A DNA stretch of 64,000 nucleotides. It comes from Thermoplasmata archaeon (GTDB taxonomy: Archaea > Thermoplasmatota > DTKX01 > DATEUP01). Of the stretch, positions 27,413-37,917 are shown one piece after another. A program made the translations under genes and the position numbers. The DNA is taken from positions 1,978 to 65,977 of the forward strand of contig JBGQKI010000008.1 in assembly GCA_041499475.1 (NCBI GenBank), written 5' to 3'. Position 1 is the first letter of the stretch. Every line of letters starts with the position of its first letter. The notes under the pieces are model-generated. The model searched no databases. It was not told where the DNA came from and saw only the letters and a list, made by a program, of their open reading frames with translations.

Positions 27413-30400
27413 CTATTTACGGATTCGCCGCAACGGTCCGTGGGCGCGCGGCGGGCCTGGCGCGGTCGGGGGCGGCACGCCCGGCGAGGGCGGGGGCGCA
27501 GGCCCTTTAGGCATCGCGCGCTCGGCCGTCGGCGCGACAGGTCCGAATGCGGTATTCTTGGCTTCAAGGCTGCTCGCCTTGCGGCGACGCTCACGAACCA
27601 TGACGACTGCGAACGCAAGCAGGCCGGCCGCGAAGACGAGGGTACCTGCAGCGGTTTCGATGGGCGCCCCCGAAGCGCCGGCCCCGGAACCGCTGCCGCC
27701 GACGTGCACATAGGCGACGAGCGCATTGTTGTCGGTCTTGAGCTCGGTGCCGCTCGAATCCTCAACGGCCTCGAAACGCAATTCGTGCAGGCCTTCGGAA
27801 GCAACCCAATCGACCGTGAACCTCACGGCCTCGCCAGGCCCAAGCGAGCTGAACCCGAGGTCGGCGCTCGGCGCGCCGTCAAAGGAGACGTAGACGACCC
27901 CGCCCCTGCTTCGCGCGTTGCCGACATTGGAAAGGTCGAACGATAGGCGCGTCGCATCGCCTGCCGAAGGACGCGGCGGGTCGCTCACCAATCCGAGGAC
28001 CAACAGATCCGGGCGCTGGACGACCGCGGTGAGCACCAAGGAGGAGTTGAGGCTCGGCGTCGCGTGGACGCGCAGGGTAACTCTGGCGAGGTCCGAGGTC
28101 GTGTCTCGAGGGATGCCGACGCGCACCCGCAGGACCGCTTGCTGTCCGCCGGCCAACACGATCGCGCCCTGCAGGGGCAATTCCGTGACGCCGTCGTCGG
28201 CAAGGACCGCGAGCGAAAGCGGAAACGTCTCCGGACTTGTGGCGGCAAGCACGCTGTAGGCGGTGATCACGTTCCCCGCATTGCGGATGACGACGTCGAA
28301 GGAGACCTCGCCCCCTGGGGGCGCCCCCGCGACGTCGTTGAGGGCCCGCACTTCAATGCCGGGGCGCGAGGGGACGGTCACCTGGAGGGTGGAGGCGACG
28401 GTGCCGCAGTCGCCGCTTGCCAGCTGGATGCCGATGCCGTAAGGGCCTGCGGTCGGTTCGCTTGAGGGCGCCACCTCCAGCGAAAACGAAGCGCGGCCTG
28501 CGACCGCGATTGGCAGCGGCGACGCGCCATCGAAAGTCAACCGCGCGCCCCACCCGGGCGGCGTGTAGGCGACCGTCGGCAGTACGGATTGAGGCGAGTT
28601 GCCCGTGTTCGTCGCGTAGAGCTCAATGGTCGTAACGGGGCCCTGGAGCGCTTGCGCCGAGGATGGCAGGAGAAGGTGAACACCGCAGATGGTGCTCACC
28701 CCGACGGTGACATTGACCGAGGCGTTCGTTCCGTACTGGCGCGAGAGGGCAGTGATGTGGAAGGTGACGCGGGTGCCGGCCGTGGCATTGAATGGAACGG
28801 GCGCCGAGAACACGACGAGACTGCTGCTGGCCGGCCCGAGGGTGAAGACCTCCCGATCAAATGGCGCAAAAAAACTGGGAAGCGGCCCGGCTGACCCCTG
28901 GACGCGCATCTCCAGGGAGGTCGCCACATTGCCCTGCGACGCCACGGTGATGGCGAATCGCGCGACCGCGCCCGGGTCGGCGAGCTGGAGGACCGGGTCG
29001 GCGGAAACCGAAAGGTTCAGGGAGGGGCGGCAAGCGATGGTTAGTTGGAGCGAATCTCCCCCGTTGGGCATGTTCGCCGGATATGCTACGATCCCGAAGG
29101 AAATGTCCCCCAGACATTGGGCATTCGCAGGGATAGCTGCGAACACGGTAAAGTTGGTGGACGCCTTGCTGTCGAGCGCTGCGGTCGACTTGTCGAAGGA
29201 GACATTCCAATCGGGCGATCCCGTCCCGAGGATATGCTCCAGTCGGATGTCGTCCTCGCGGACGTCGCCCATGTTGGTGACGACGAGGCCGAATGCAATG
29301 GTATCGCCGGCCTCGCCAGGTTTGGTCCCCGTGTACCCGGTCAGCTTCAGCGAACGCGTCACCTGCACGAAGGCCGATAACTGAATCTCGTCGAAGCAGG
29401 ACGGATCGGAGCCGGAAGCGTTTACGGTGAGGCTGATGTTGTCGCCCGATCGCGCCGTAGCGGGAGCGTGCAGCGAAAGCCCCACATCGGCGAGCCCGTC
29501 TGGTGCAAGCGCTCGAAGGTCGGTCCGGTTGAGCGAGATCACCCATCCGGCGGCATCGGCGCCGGCGGAATAGCGGAGGCTGACGGTGAAATTGTCGATG
29601 AGCCCGCCTTTGTTCCTCACGGTGAGCGGCGTCAGTTTGGTCTCGTTGGGGTGGAGGAAGGACATCCCCGCCAAAGTCACCGGCTCGCCAAAGAGCTCGA
29701 CGCTGCAGTGGAGCGTGCGCTTGAGGTAGATCTCGCGGTTGCCATCGCGCGAGTCCGACCAAGCCACGACGAGGTCGTCGTAGGGGTCGAAGAAGAGCGT
29801 GGGGTCGACCGCGTCGCCGGTGGAGTTGGTAAGTCGCACCTGAGTGGCAAAAGCCGGGTTGTCGCCCGACTTGAAAATCGAGTACATGAGTTGCGACGAG
29901 CCAGTCCGGTTGTCCTGCCACACGATTGCGACGCGGTTGTCGGAGGCTGCCGCAATGCGGGGGAATGGGCCGACCGTTGCGCCCGACACCACTTGAACGG
30001 CGTCGGCGAGTTTGGAGCCCGACGCGTTCACGAGCGTGTAGTAAAGGTTTCCCCCATCCTCCCACACGAGGTGCATCGAGCCGTCGGGCGTCGCGTCGAC
30101 ATCGGCGACTTTGACGTCGTTGGTCGTCCGGTACTTGATGGAAGGCAGGTCCTTCACGCCGTACTTGTCGGCGCGGCCGAGCCACGAGCCCTTCAGCGAC
30201 CCGAAGGTGAAGAGGACGCTCCCGCTGAACCGTTCCGCCTTGATGAGCGCGAAAGAACTCACCGAGCCGATGTCGGAAGAGACGACCCGGTTGGTCCACA
30301 CCTCGGAGCCGTCGTTCGCGAGTTTGTCGTAGACGATGTCCTCGCATTGGAATCTGCAGTCGCCGTTCGCGATGTGGATGGTGTCATCGGTGCCCACGGC

Positions 30401-30943
30401 CAAGGAGGGCATCTCGGAGAGCCAACCGTCGATGGGCCCGACGCTTTTTGCCGGGACCAAGACGTTTCCGTTGTTGTCGAATTTCTCGTAGCCGATGGTA
30501 TCGGCATTCACGCCGAAGGTCACGTGGATGTTCCCTTGGGAATCAATTCCGCCAGCCGGGCCGAGAGGAAATTCCGCCCCAAACGGCGCCATCACACGGT
30601 CCGTGATGTAGGTCTCGGCCTGCTCGGTGGTGCCCGTGAGCCCCGTCCTGCCGTAGTAATACGACCCGTTTCCTCCCGTCGTCTTCTTCCATAGGAAGTC
30701 CACGGACTGGTCCGCGCGGCCATACGCCTGCGGTTCGATGTTATTGACCGCGCTGTTCGTGATGCGGATGTCGGTCGTCCACGTGCGCCCGCCGAGGAGC
30801 TCGGTGCCCACCGTCATCGGCGCGGGTGACGAGGAGGCCTCGGCGCTTTCGAGCGGGAATGCGGCGGCGAGGACGGCAAGCGCCAATCCGGCGCATGCTA
30901 CCCGCTTCGCGGGGGAACAAACCGAGTTCACCCTTTCCCGCAC
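27413..30943 (-). CDS. giant (1176 aa) cell-surface protein with C-terminal TM anchor and Pro-rich cytoplasmic tail
   Basis: Signal peptide ACAGLALAVLAAAFPLESAEA. beta-rich ectodomain with CARDB/NPCBM-like units. C-terminal TM LVFAAGLLAFAVVMV + RERRRK + P-rich tail. Confidence 0.8.
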   Translation of the reverse strand: MRERVNSVCSPAKRVACAGLALAVLAAAFPLESAEASSSPAPMTVGTELLGGRTWTTDIRITNSAVNNIEPQAYGRADQSVDFLWKKTTGGNGSYYYGRTGLTGTTEQAETYITDRVMAPFGAEFPLGPAGGIDSQGNIHVTFGVNADTIGYEKFDNNGNVLVPAKSVGPIDGWLSEMPSLAVGTDDTIHIANGDCRFQCEDIVYDKLANDGSEVWTNRVVSSDIGSVSSFALIKAERFSGSVLFTFGSLKGSWLGRADKYGVKDLPSIKYRTTNDVKVADVDATPDGSMHLVWEDGGNLYYTLVNASGSKLADAVQVVSGATVGPFPRIAAASDNRVAIVWQDNRTGSSQLMYSIFKSGDNPAFATQVRLTNSTGDAVDPTLFFDPYDDLVVAWSDSRDGNREIYLKRTLHCSVELFGEPVTLAGMSFLHPNETKLTPLTVRNKGGLIDNFTVSLRYSAGADAAGWVISLNRTDLRALAPDGLADVGLSLHAPATARSGDNISLTVNASGSDPSCFDEIQLSAFVQVTRSLKLTGYTGTKPGEAGDTIAFGLVVTNMGDVREDDIRLEHILGTGSPDWNVSFDKSTAALDSKASTNFTVFAAIPANAQCLGDISFGIVAYPANMPNGGDSLQLTIACRPSLNLSVSADPVLQLADPGAVARFAITVASQGNVATSLEMRVQGSAGPLPSFFAPFDREVFTLGPASSSLVVFSAPVPFNATAGTRVTFHITALSRQYGTNASVNVTVGVSTICGVHLLLPSSAQALQGPVTTIELYATNTGNSPQSVLPTVAYTPPGWGARLTFDGASPLPIAVAGRASFSLEVAPSSEPTAGPYGIGIQLASGDCGTVASTLQVTVPSRPGIEVRALNDVAGAPPGGEVSFDVVIRNAGNVITAYSVLAATSPETFPLSLAVLADDGVTELPLQGAIVLAGGQQAVLRVRVGIPRDTTSDLARVTLRVHATPSLNSSLVLTAVVQRPDLLVLGLVSDPPRPSAGDATRLSFDLSNVGNARSRGGVVYVSFDGAPSADLGFSSLGPGEAVRFTVDWVASEGLHELRFEAVEDSSGTELKTDNNALVAYVHVGGSGSGAGASGAPIETAAGTLVFAAGLLAFAVVMVRERRRKASSLEAKNTAFGPVAPTAERAMPKGPAPPPSPGVPPPTAPGPPRAHGPLRRIRK

Positions 30944-31490
30944 GACCCGTTCTGTCGCCGTGGCGCTATTTGCCGTTTTTGGAACGCTTGACGAGGGGGT
31001 GGTCGGCGCGCCTACCCCTCCCTGCGCGGCGGGCGGAGAGCCGGAACATCGATCGCGGTCAGCTTAGGGGGAGGTCCGCCCCCTGCGGTGCGCGCCCACC
31101 CGTCGAACGGGCGCTTCAAGGCGATTCCGGGGCGGTGTCGCCGAGGGTGTCGCGCCCCAACGAGTAGAATCCAAGATCGAAGAGCAACCGCCTCCAGAAG
31201 GTCGTGGGCCGTTCGCGCCCGGCGCTCGGGTGGATAGGAATGAGCGCGTAAGGGACGGGCTCGCCGGGACGACGCTGATAGTAGGGCCTTCGCCCCGGCA
31301 GTTCGTCCGGTCGCTTCCAGAAGGATTTTGAACGCGGAAGATCCGCCCGGGGGTCGCGCCAGAGGTATCCGTAGGGGTCAGGTTCTCAAGGTCTGCGTTG
31401 GTAGTGAGGCGTCCGCTCGGGGAGGTTGTACGCCCACCGCCCCTTTCGCATGGCCATTTTCGCCCTCCCCCGCCCGAGTTGGGCCCGCCC

Positions 31491-31676
31491 TTAAAGAGAG
31501 AACCAGCGCCAGATTTTCTGCTTCAGGCCTTTCGGAGGTGGCCGGTCGAACCGCTCGTCCCAGCTTAGGAAAGCCAGTTCGAGGCCCCCGAGCGGCTCCG
31601 GTCGGGTCCAACGGGAATTGGGGCCGAACTCGGGCAACGTCCGGTCGATGCCCGATTCCTTCTTGGTTTCTGGCAT
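31491..31676 (-). CDS. small ORF (61 aa) translationally coupled (TGATG) to the upstream membrane protein gene
   Basis: Its ATG overlaps the stop of gene 31676..32215 by one base. Composition is moderately protein-like. Weak call. Confidence 0.25.
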   Translation of the reverse strand: MPETKKESGIDRTLPEFGPNSRWTRPEPLGGLELAFLSWDERFDRPPPKGLKQKIWRWFSL

Positions 31677-32215
31677 CAGACCACCTTCGGAGCCGCCGCT
31701 ATTAAAAGTAGCGCGAGGGCGTAGGCGGCGATCGCGCATAAGAGCAACCGCAGGCCACGTCTTCTGCCCAAAACCGCGCGCGCCAAATTTGCCGCGTTTT
31801 CGATATGACAGTCGGCCATCGATCGCAGAAAATCGAGGTAGTGGTCTTCGAGCGTCCAGGTGTTGTCCAGGGACCTCCTTGAAAGTGCCCTGGGAGCAGG
31901 CCCGGGACGAACATCGTGCTGTTCAAGCAGCCCCGGCGATGCTCGGAGAAAAAAGACAAGAGAGGTTAGGTTAAGGCAAGCCGCCCCCGCCACCAAGCCA
32001 AGCGCGATCGCCCCGTATGCCGGCGGTCCATCCGCATTCACGATGGCGCCGATCGCGAGGCCGCCGCCCAGGACCGCCAGGGCGAGGCTCATCAATCGAT
32101 CCGATTTGTCTTCCGCCCGCTCGAAGGCCTTGACCTGCCAGTCTACGACCCTCTCGGACTCGCGAACGAGCTCCGCGAGAAGTGCTGGATCACTTGAGTC
32201 TTCAAGAGTTGCCAC
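31676..32215 (-). CDS. hypothetical membrane protein (179 aa, ~4 TM)
   Basis: Hydrophobic helices (LMSLALAVLGGGLAIGAIV, LLLCAIAAYALALLLIAAAP). No family recognised. Confidence 0.4.
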   Translation of the reverse strand: MATLEDSSDPALLAELVRESERVVDWQVKAFERAEDKSDRLMSLALAVLGGGLAIGAIVNADGPPAYGAIALGLVAGAACLNLTSLVFFLRASPGLLEQHDVRPGPAPRALSRRSLDNTWTLEDHYLDFLRSMADCHIENAANLARAVLGRRRGLRLLLCAIAAYALALLLIAAAPKVV

Positions 32216-32302
32216 GGCTCGTTCGCGTTGGTTCGAGTGGAAGAGGCCTTCGCGATACCTCTCGTGAGCCTTTCAAACAATCACGCCCGGGCTCAATGGG
32301 CC

Positions 32303-35300
32303 TCAGGCGAGGAAGTCATCCAACTTGGCCCGCTTCACCTTGTCATTCTCAAACAGCGCGTGGATCGACTCCTCGGCGAGCACCACGCGCTGCCGGATGT
32401 ATTCGGGCACCTCGTAGCGCTCGGCCATCCGCTTCGTCACCTCGAGGTACTTCTTGACGCTCGACTCGTGCACGAGCAGCGTCAGCGCGCCCCCGCACTC
32501 GAGGCAGACGCCCTTGAGCGGCATCCTCCGGTACTTCTTCCCGCACGAGGCGCTCGAGCAGCGCGCGCCCTGGCGCGAGAACGCCTTGAGGTTGCCGACC
32601 AGGTCGGGCAAAAAGTGGGTCTCGAGCACGCGCGCGGCCACGTCGGCTGCGTCGACCGCGCGGATGCGCGAGGCGAGGGCGAGCTGCGCTTCCATCTTTT
32701 CGACCATCGAGCCCATGGTCGAGTATGCGGTGTGCCCCGGGCCCGCGCTGATGTCGCCGGTGTCGTGGGTGAACGCGAACCCCTCGTACTGGGCCGGCGT
32801 GCCGATCCGCCCGGCCACCATGTCGATGAGTTTGGCCACTTCGTTGGGGTGCTTGCCCGCCGCGGCCGCCTCGAAGAGCGCCAGCGGGTAGCGCGCCCCC
32901 ACGTCGATGGCGTGCGCCTCCTTGTCGATCTCGTTGGGGTCGATGCGTATCGAGAGCACGAGAGGCGCGTCCATCTGCCCGCCGCGCGAGGAGGGCAGGT
33001 ACCGCCGCGAGAAGTTCAGGAACCCGTCGAGCAGCAGCATCACGCAGTCCTCGTCGCCGTCGCAGTTGCGGCGTTTGGCGGCGTGGAAGAACGGGTGCGC
33101 GTAGGCCACGAGCGAGGGGGTGAACCCCACGATCCGGGCGAGCACGCCTCCCGAGGTGTGCGGGGCAAGCCCGATGACGAGCTGGCCGACGAGGTCGCTC
33201 GCGCTCTTGGCGTTGTAGTACGACTCGAGGCCGTAGATGCGCGTGAGTTCGTCGTCGATGAAGTTCGCGACCTTGACGAGGTATTCGCCGCAGGCACGGG
33301 CAAGGACGACGTCTTGGGGCCGCAATTCGACGAGCTGGTCGTCCGAGGAAATCGGCCGCCCCTGCATGTCCACGGCGTATCCAAGCTCACGCGCTCGCTC
33401 GGGCGAGAGCCCGACTTCGCGCAGGCGGACATGGGTCACGGGCACATCCGTGAGGTCGAAGCGGACGGTGCCGTCGCGGAACACGGTCACGCCGTTCTTG
33501 GCGCGCAGCAGCCCTTTGTGCAGAGGCTCCGGGATCCGGTCGTGCGAAATCAGGCCGCGCACGCCCTTCACATCGGGCACCTGCCGCAACTTGAGGTCGC
33601 TCTTGGCGCGCTCGAGCATGGCCTGGATGTTGAGGCGCATCTCCACGGGTTCCTCCCCGACGGCGACGGTGAGCCCGCCGCACTCGCAGCGGGGCAGGGG
33701 CCACTTGCGCTCGCACGACGTGCACCGGCGGTTAGCTACCTCCACGGTGATTTCCGAGCCGCCGGCCGCTTCCTTGACGAGCCGCTGCGGGCCGCCGGCG
33801 CCGCCGACCGGGAAAAGCACGTGGACGGGGGGCTTCATGTGGCGCTCGCGCGCTTTTTCGGGACGGCCCATGCGAGCGCCGATGCGGGTCGGCGCTTTGG
33901 GGTGAACCGTGACGCCGAGCAGGAAGGATACCGCCTCATGGCCGGGCGCGGTTGCCGCCACTTCTTCCTGGAGGACGCGTTCCGCTTCGAGCCGGCCATC
34001 CTTCGATGCCTTCAGCCCAAGCGAGGCGACCACCGCGCGGGCGTCGCGGCCCACGACGATCTCGCCCTGGTCCAACTGAAATGGCATGGTGAGCTTTCGC
34101 AAGATCGCAAAGGTCTGGGGGTCGTCGGGCAGGTGGAGCCGGCCCTCGTCGAGGCGGCCCCCGCGGACGACGGCCGCGGCAAGCTCGGCCACCTCCGCCG
34201 CGTTGAGGTCGTGCCAGAAAAAGGTGAAGTCCGGGTGCAGGCCGACGCCGTGCAATTGCGACAGCGAGAGCGCGTCGCGAAACGGCGGGTGGCGCAGCGC
34301 CTCGGGGTCGGGGCCCCCGGGGGCTTTGCTTTTCAGCTCCTCGGCCCACCATTCGAAGCACCACGCTCCGGGGACGAGCTCCTTGTTGTTTTCGACGAAC
34401 TCGCCGAAGGGGATCAGGATCTCGCCAAGGTCGAGGATCTCGTCGATCTCTTGCTCCACCTTCCGGAACGCATCGACGGTCTCGATTGCGACGACGTCGC
34501 CGTTGCGCAGCGACACGACGGGCCCCTCGATCGTGTCGCAAGGCGTGACCGCTCCGGCCTTGCCGGGGCGTTCGATCTTCATCTGGGTGCCCACGGCGAG
34601 GAACGACCCGACGACGTACATCGTGGCCGGGTGCACGGCCACGGCGGCAAGGCCGGTGGTGCGCGCGCGGCCGTAGCGGAGGCGGAACCCGCCTGGCCGC
34701 GACGGGTGTGAAAACACCGGGCGGCCGGCGATGAGGTCTTTGATGTAGCGCGCGGGGCCGCGCGACGACGGGGCAGCTTCGATCGGTTTCGCGTCGTAGT
34801 CGGCCTTGAATTCCTTGTCCGTGTCGTCGCCCTCGCCCTCCGGCGTTTCCTCCTCGTCGTCCTCGGGGTCCGTTTCGGCGCCGCGCTCTTCTGCCTCTGC
34901 CGCGGCGATCCCCGCGGTCGCAGAGGCGGTCGCCGTGCGGGCCGGGTGGTGGGCCTTCTCCTCGCCGTGCCCGGGGGCCGCCACCTTGTGCAATTCTTCG
35001 ACCTGGGAGAGGAAGTCCCAGCCCTCGAGCCCGAGCCGGCGCACGTGTTTGAGCACTTTCGGCGCCTTGAGGCACAGGCCTTCGGCGATGACGAGGCAAG
35101 GGCCGCCGCGCAGGCGGTTCGTCTCGACGCGGGGCAGGTCGCGCCCGCCGGAGACCTCCACGCGCTCGGTGCCTTCCCCGTTCACGGAGACGGGCATCTG
35201 CGCGACGATGAGGCCGATTTCCTCGGCCGTTGGGGTGTACTGCAGGTGCTGGGCCGCCTTGTATGCGGGGATCTCTTCTTTGAAACGCTCGATCTCTTGG

Positions 35301-35848
35301 GGCGTTGGGATGTAGGCTCCAAGCCCGAGCTCGCGCCTGCCGACGTCGGCGATCAGCACGGAGAGCGCCTGCGCCGTTCCGCCGGCCGCGCGGATCGGCC
35401 CTGAGAAGTAGACGTCGACATACTCGCTCCCGTCGGCGTTGTTCTTGATCTTCACGCCGGTCATCCCTTCGAGGGGCGCGACGAGCACGCCCTCGGTAAG
35501 GATTGCAAGGCCTGTGCGCACGGCTTGTTCGAGCGCTTCCTCGCGCGAGCGCCACTTGCCCTTGCCGATCACCTCGCGCGCGATGGCAAGGGAGACCTCC
35601 TCGCGGTCCATGCTGCGCGAAAATTCGCGGATGCGCGCGGCAATGCCGGCGGGGCCGACAAGGTTCTCGACGCGCTCGGCAAGGTCGTGGGCGACGGGGA
35701 TCTCCACGCGCTGTTCCGGGTCGAACCCCTGCGCGCGCGCCGCGCGGGCGATCGCAAGCGCGCCGTTTGTCTGCTCTTCGAGGTCGCGGAAGTACGCGCG
35801 CATGGTGGGCGAGGCAGCGGGGCCCGAATCGTCGTGCACGGTCACCAC
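32303..35848 (-). CDS. polC: DNA polymerase II (PolD) large subunit DP2
   Basis: 1181 aa, inteinless length. Conserved DP2 N-terminus (YF..L....A..IAR.ARA.G.DP). Central catalytic region. C-terminal Zn-binding cysteine clusters (CTSCERKWPLPRCECGG, CSSASCGKKY...CLECGG). Confidence 0.95.
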   Translation of the reverse strand: MVTVHDDSGPAASPTMRAYFRDLEEQTNGALAIARAARAQGFDPEQRVEIPVAHDLAERVENLVGPAGIAARIREFSRSMDREEVSLAIAREVIGKGKWRSREEALEQAVRTGLAILTEGVLVAPLEGMTGVKIKNNADGSEYVDVYFSGPIRAAGGTAQALSVLIADVGRRELGLGAYIPTPQEIERFKEEIPAYKAAQHLQYTPTAEEIGLIVAQMPVSVNGEGTERVEVSGGRDLPRVETNRLRGGPCLVIAEGLCLKAPKVLKHVRRLGLEGWDFLSQVEELHKVAAPGHGEEKAHHPARTATASATAGIAAAEAEERGAETDPEDDEEETPEGEGDDTDKEFKADYDAKPIEAAPSSRGPARYIKDLIAGRPVFSHPSRPGGFRLRYGRARTTGLAAVAVHPATMYVVGSFLAVGTQMKIERPGKAGAVTPCDTIEGPVVSLRNGDVVAIETVDAFRKVEQEIDEILDLGEILIPFGEFVENNKELVPGAWCFEWWAEELKSKAPGGPDPEALRHPPFRDALSLSQLHGVGLHPDFTFFWHDLNAAEVAELAAAVVRGGRLDEGRLHLPDDPQTFAILRKLTMPFQLDQGEIVVGRDARAVVASLGLKASKDGRLEAERVLQEEVAATAPGHEAVSFLLGVTVHPKAPTRIGARMGRPEKARERHMKPPVHVLFPVGGAGGPQRLVKEAAGGSEITVEVANRRCTSCERKWPLPRCECGGLTVAVGEEPVEMRLNIQAMLERAKSDLKLRQVPDVKGVRGLISHDRIPEPLHKGLLRAKNGVTVFRDGTVRFDLTDVPVTHVRLREVGLSPERARELGYAVDMQGRPISSDDQLVELRPQDVVLARACGEYLVKVANFIDDELTRIYGLESYYNAKSASDLVGQLVIGLAPHTSGGVLARIVGFTPSLVAYAHPFFHAAKRRNCDGDEDCVMLLLDGFLNFSRRYLPSSRGGQMDAPLVLSIRIDPNEIDKEAHAIDVGARYPLALFEAAAAGKHPNEVAKLIDMVAGRIGTPAQYEGFAFTHDTGDISAGPGHTAYSTMGSMVEKMEAQLALASRIRAVDAADVAARVLETHFLPDLVGNLKAFSRQGARCSSASCGKKYRRMPLKGVCLECGGALTLLVHESSVKKYLEVTKRMAERYEVPEYIRQRVVLAEESIHALFENDKVKRAKLDDFLA

Positions 35849-35993
35849 ATCCCACCCCCCGCGCGCCTTGCGGCTTTACGGGAACGGCTCGACGGGCGGT
35901 CGGCCAGAAATACATTGGCGCACCCCTTCTCGTGGAGCGAGCGCAAAGCGCGATGCGCGCTCGACGCGCTGCGAGAAAGTGGACGGGTGCCGT

Positions 35994-36728
35994 TCAACGC
36001 CGCATCTTGCGCGAGGCAGGCGCCTTCGCGCGCGCGCCGGGCCTTCTTGCGGGCTTTTGGCCCGCTTTGCTGTTCAGACCCAAGGGGCATTGGGCTTGGA
36101 GTGGACAAAGGTTGCATACCGGCTTCGACCGGCGGCACAGCGCGCGTCCGTGCTGGCGGAGCATGCGGAAGGCCTCGATCAAGAGATCGAATTCGTGGGG
36201 CGCGCCCTCGAGGTCACGTTGGACGGACGCATACGTCTTCGCGTAACTTGGGTCGCCCCGCCCGTAGCCCAAACGGACGAGCGCGCGCAACCCGTTCGAA
36301 TCGAGCGCGACCACCGGGCCCTTGCGCGCGAAGAGCAGCAGCCGATCGGCGCCCGGCGCGCCAATTCCAGGGAATTTGCGCACCGCCTGCCGGAAATCGG
36401 GCGCCGGCAGGGCCGCGAGCCCGCTGGGGTCGCCGCCGTACTCCTCGGTCACGATGGTCGCGCACTGCCGTAGCTTCTCCACGCTGGCTTCCGGGAGGAT
36501 GCCATGTTTTCCGATGGCAAGCAGGAGCGCACGAGGCGCCTTGAGGATGGCCGCGGGGGAGACCCCGACGGTCTCCTTCAGCTGCTCAAATGCTTCGGCC
36601 CGAGCAGAATCGTCGGCAAGGTAGGCGACGTTTTCCCACAGGATCTGGCCCCACGGGTCTGCGGGCATCGGGTCCGTGGGCGGGCCATAGTGCTTTCGAA
36701 GCGCCTCGACAATTTCTGGGAGGGGCAT
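35994..36728 (-). CDS. endonuclease III-like HhH-GPD base-excision DNA glycosylase with [4Fe-4S] loop
   Basis: HhH-GPD core (LPGIGAP...ADRL..F). C-terminal cluster CRRSKPVCNLCPLQAQC (Cx6Cx2Cx5C). Start taken at the internal Met; the G/R-rich N-terminal extension of the ORF is probably non-coding. Confidence 0.85.
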   Translation of the reverse strand: MPLPEIVEALRKHYGPPTDPMPADPWGQILWENVAYLADDSARAEAFEQLKETVGVSPAAILKAPRALLLAIGKHGILPEASVEKLRQCATIVTEEYGGDPSGLAALPAPDFRQAVRKFPGIGAPGADRLLLFARKGPVVALDSNGLRALVRLGYGRGDPSYAKTYASVQRDLEGAPHEFDLLIEAFRMLRQHGRALCRRSKPVCNLCPLQAQCPLGLNSKAGQKPARRPGARAKAPASRKMRR

Positions 36729-36787
36729 GGGGGGCGGCCCCGGGCCCCGGGCTTCCCCCGCTGGGGAGGGCGAGCCCCTCCCCCTCG

Positions 36788-37852
36788 TCATTCTTCCTCC
36801 GCCGCCCACGTCGGACGGCCGGCGCTTGAAGGCAGGATCTTCGCCAAATGCGCCACGAGTTCGTCCACGCCCTCGCCGGTGAGCGCCGACATCTTCGTGC
36901 GCGGCGACTTGAGCCGCTTCTCGTCGACCTTGTTCTCGACCTCCAGGATCAGGCGGTCCTTGAAGAGCAAGCGCACCTCCTCGAGGAGGTGCTCCTGCTT
37001 TTTCATGTCTTCAACCGCGCCGTCCGTGGGGTCAAACAGGAACACGACCACGTTGCCCAAGTGCCGCACGGCGGCAAGCGCTCGCTGTTCGATCTCGTTG
37101 CGGTCGGCCGCGGGCCGGTCGAGCAAACCGGGTGTGTCGACAAATTGCGTGAGCCGGCCGCCCAGCTGAGCGTGGCCGACGATGATCCCCTGCGTCGTGA
37201 ACGGGTAGGGAGCGATCATCGGCTTGGCGGAGCAGATCCGCGCCACGAAGGCCGATTTGCCCACATTCGGGAAGCCCGCCACCACGACGGTGGGCAGCGA
37301 CGGGTCGAGCGTGGGCAGGTGGGCGAGCGAGCGCCTTGCGCTCTCCAGGCGCCGCAGCGGCCCGGCGATCTCCTGGATGATCGAGCCCACGCGGCCGTAC
37401 ACTTCCCGCCGCTTCATCTCCACGAAGTCCGCGCGCGCCGCCTTCTGAAGCTGCTTCTCATTTTTCTGGCACACGCCGCTGATCAGCTCGGCGCACCGCT
37501 GAAGGCGGCGCAAGTCTTGGCGGACTTTCCCGACATCCACGATCGTTTCGCAGAGCTCCTTGTAGAACGGGTGAATCTCCGTAAAATCCGGGAACGCCTC
37601 GACATAGGCAAGCAGCGTGTCCTTCGCCGTGTCTCCGACGCTCGACACCCGTGCGATCGCCGTCTTCTTGCGCCGGTAGAAGCTGTTGGGGTCATCGATC
37701 GTGATGATCGACGCGCGGTGGAACACCTTGTCCTGGAGCTTCTCGGCCGAGAGCACCGGGCGGATGTCGCCCCAGGCGAACCCCTCGTCGCGGGTCTTGC
37801 CGAAGACGAACTCCTCGTACTCGGGTGCGACCTTGGTGCGGCGTTTCGCCAT
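36788..37852 (-). CDS. Nog1-like GTPase (NOG subfamily, archaeal)
   Basis: NOG1 N-terminal helical domain. G1 GFPNVGKSAF. G3 DTPGLLDR. G4 NKVD. Confidence 0.85.
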   Translation of the reverse strand: MAKRRTKVAPEYEEFVFGKTRDEGFAWGDIRPVLSAEKLQDKVFHRASIITIDDPNSFYRRKKTAIARVSSVGDTAKDTLLAYVEAFPDFTEIHPFYKELCETIVDVGKVRQDLRRLQRCAELISGVCQKNEKQLQKAARADFVEMKRREVYGRVGSIIQEIAGPLRRLESARRSLAHLPTLDPSLPTVVVAGFPNVGKSAFVARICSAKPMIAPYPFTTQGIIVGHAQLGGRLTQFVDTPGLLDRPAADRNEIEQRALAAVRHLGNVVVFLFDPTDGAVEDMKKQEHLLEEVRLLFKDRLILEVENKVDEKRLKSPRTKMSALTGEGVDELVAHLAKILPSSAGRPTWAAEEE

Positions 37853-37917
37853 CGCGGCGCGAAAGCGGCTCCCCCAATTAAAGGGGGCCCTCCTCGCGAC
37901 CCTTTAAATCAGCCTCG

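Noticed and set aside
28857-30347. 496-aa minus-strand alternative-frame ORF inside gene 27413..30943
   Set aside because: Arg/Pro/Gly-rich frame overlapping a coherent surface protein ORF.
32228-35915. 827-aa plus-strand and 659-aa minus-strand ORFs overlapping PolD DP2
   Set aside because: DP2 identity is unambiguous (N-terminal signature, Zn clusters); the overlapping ORFs are compositional artifacts.
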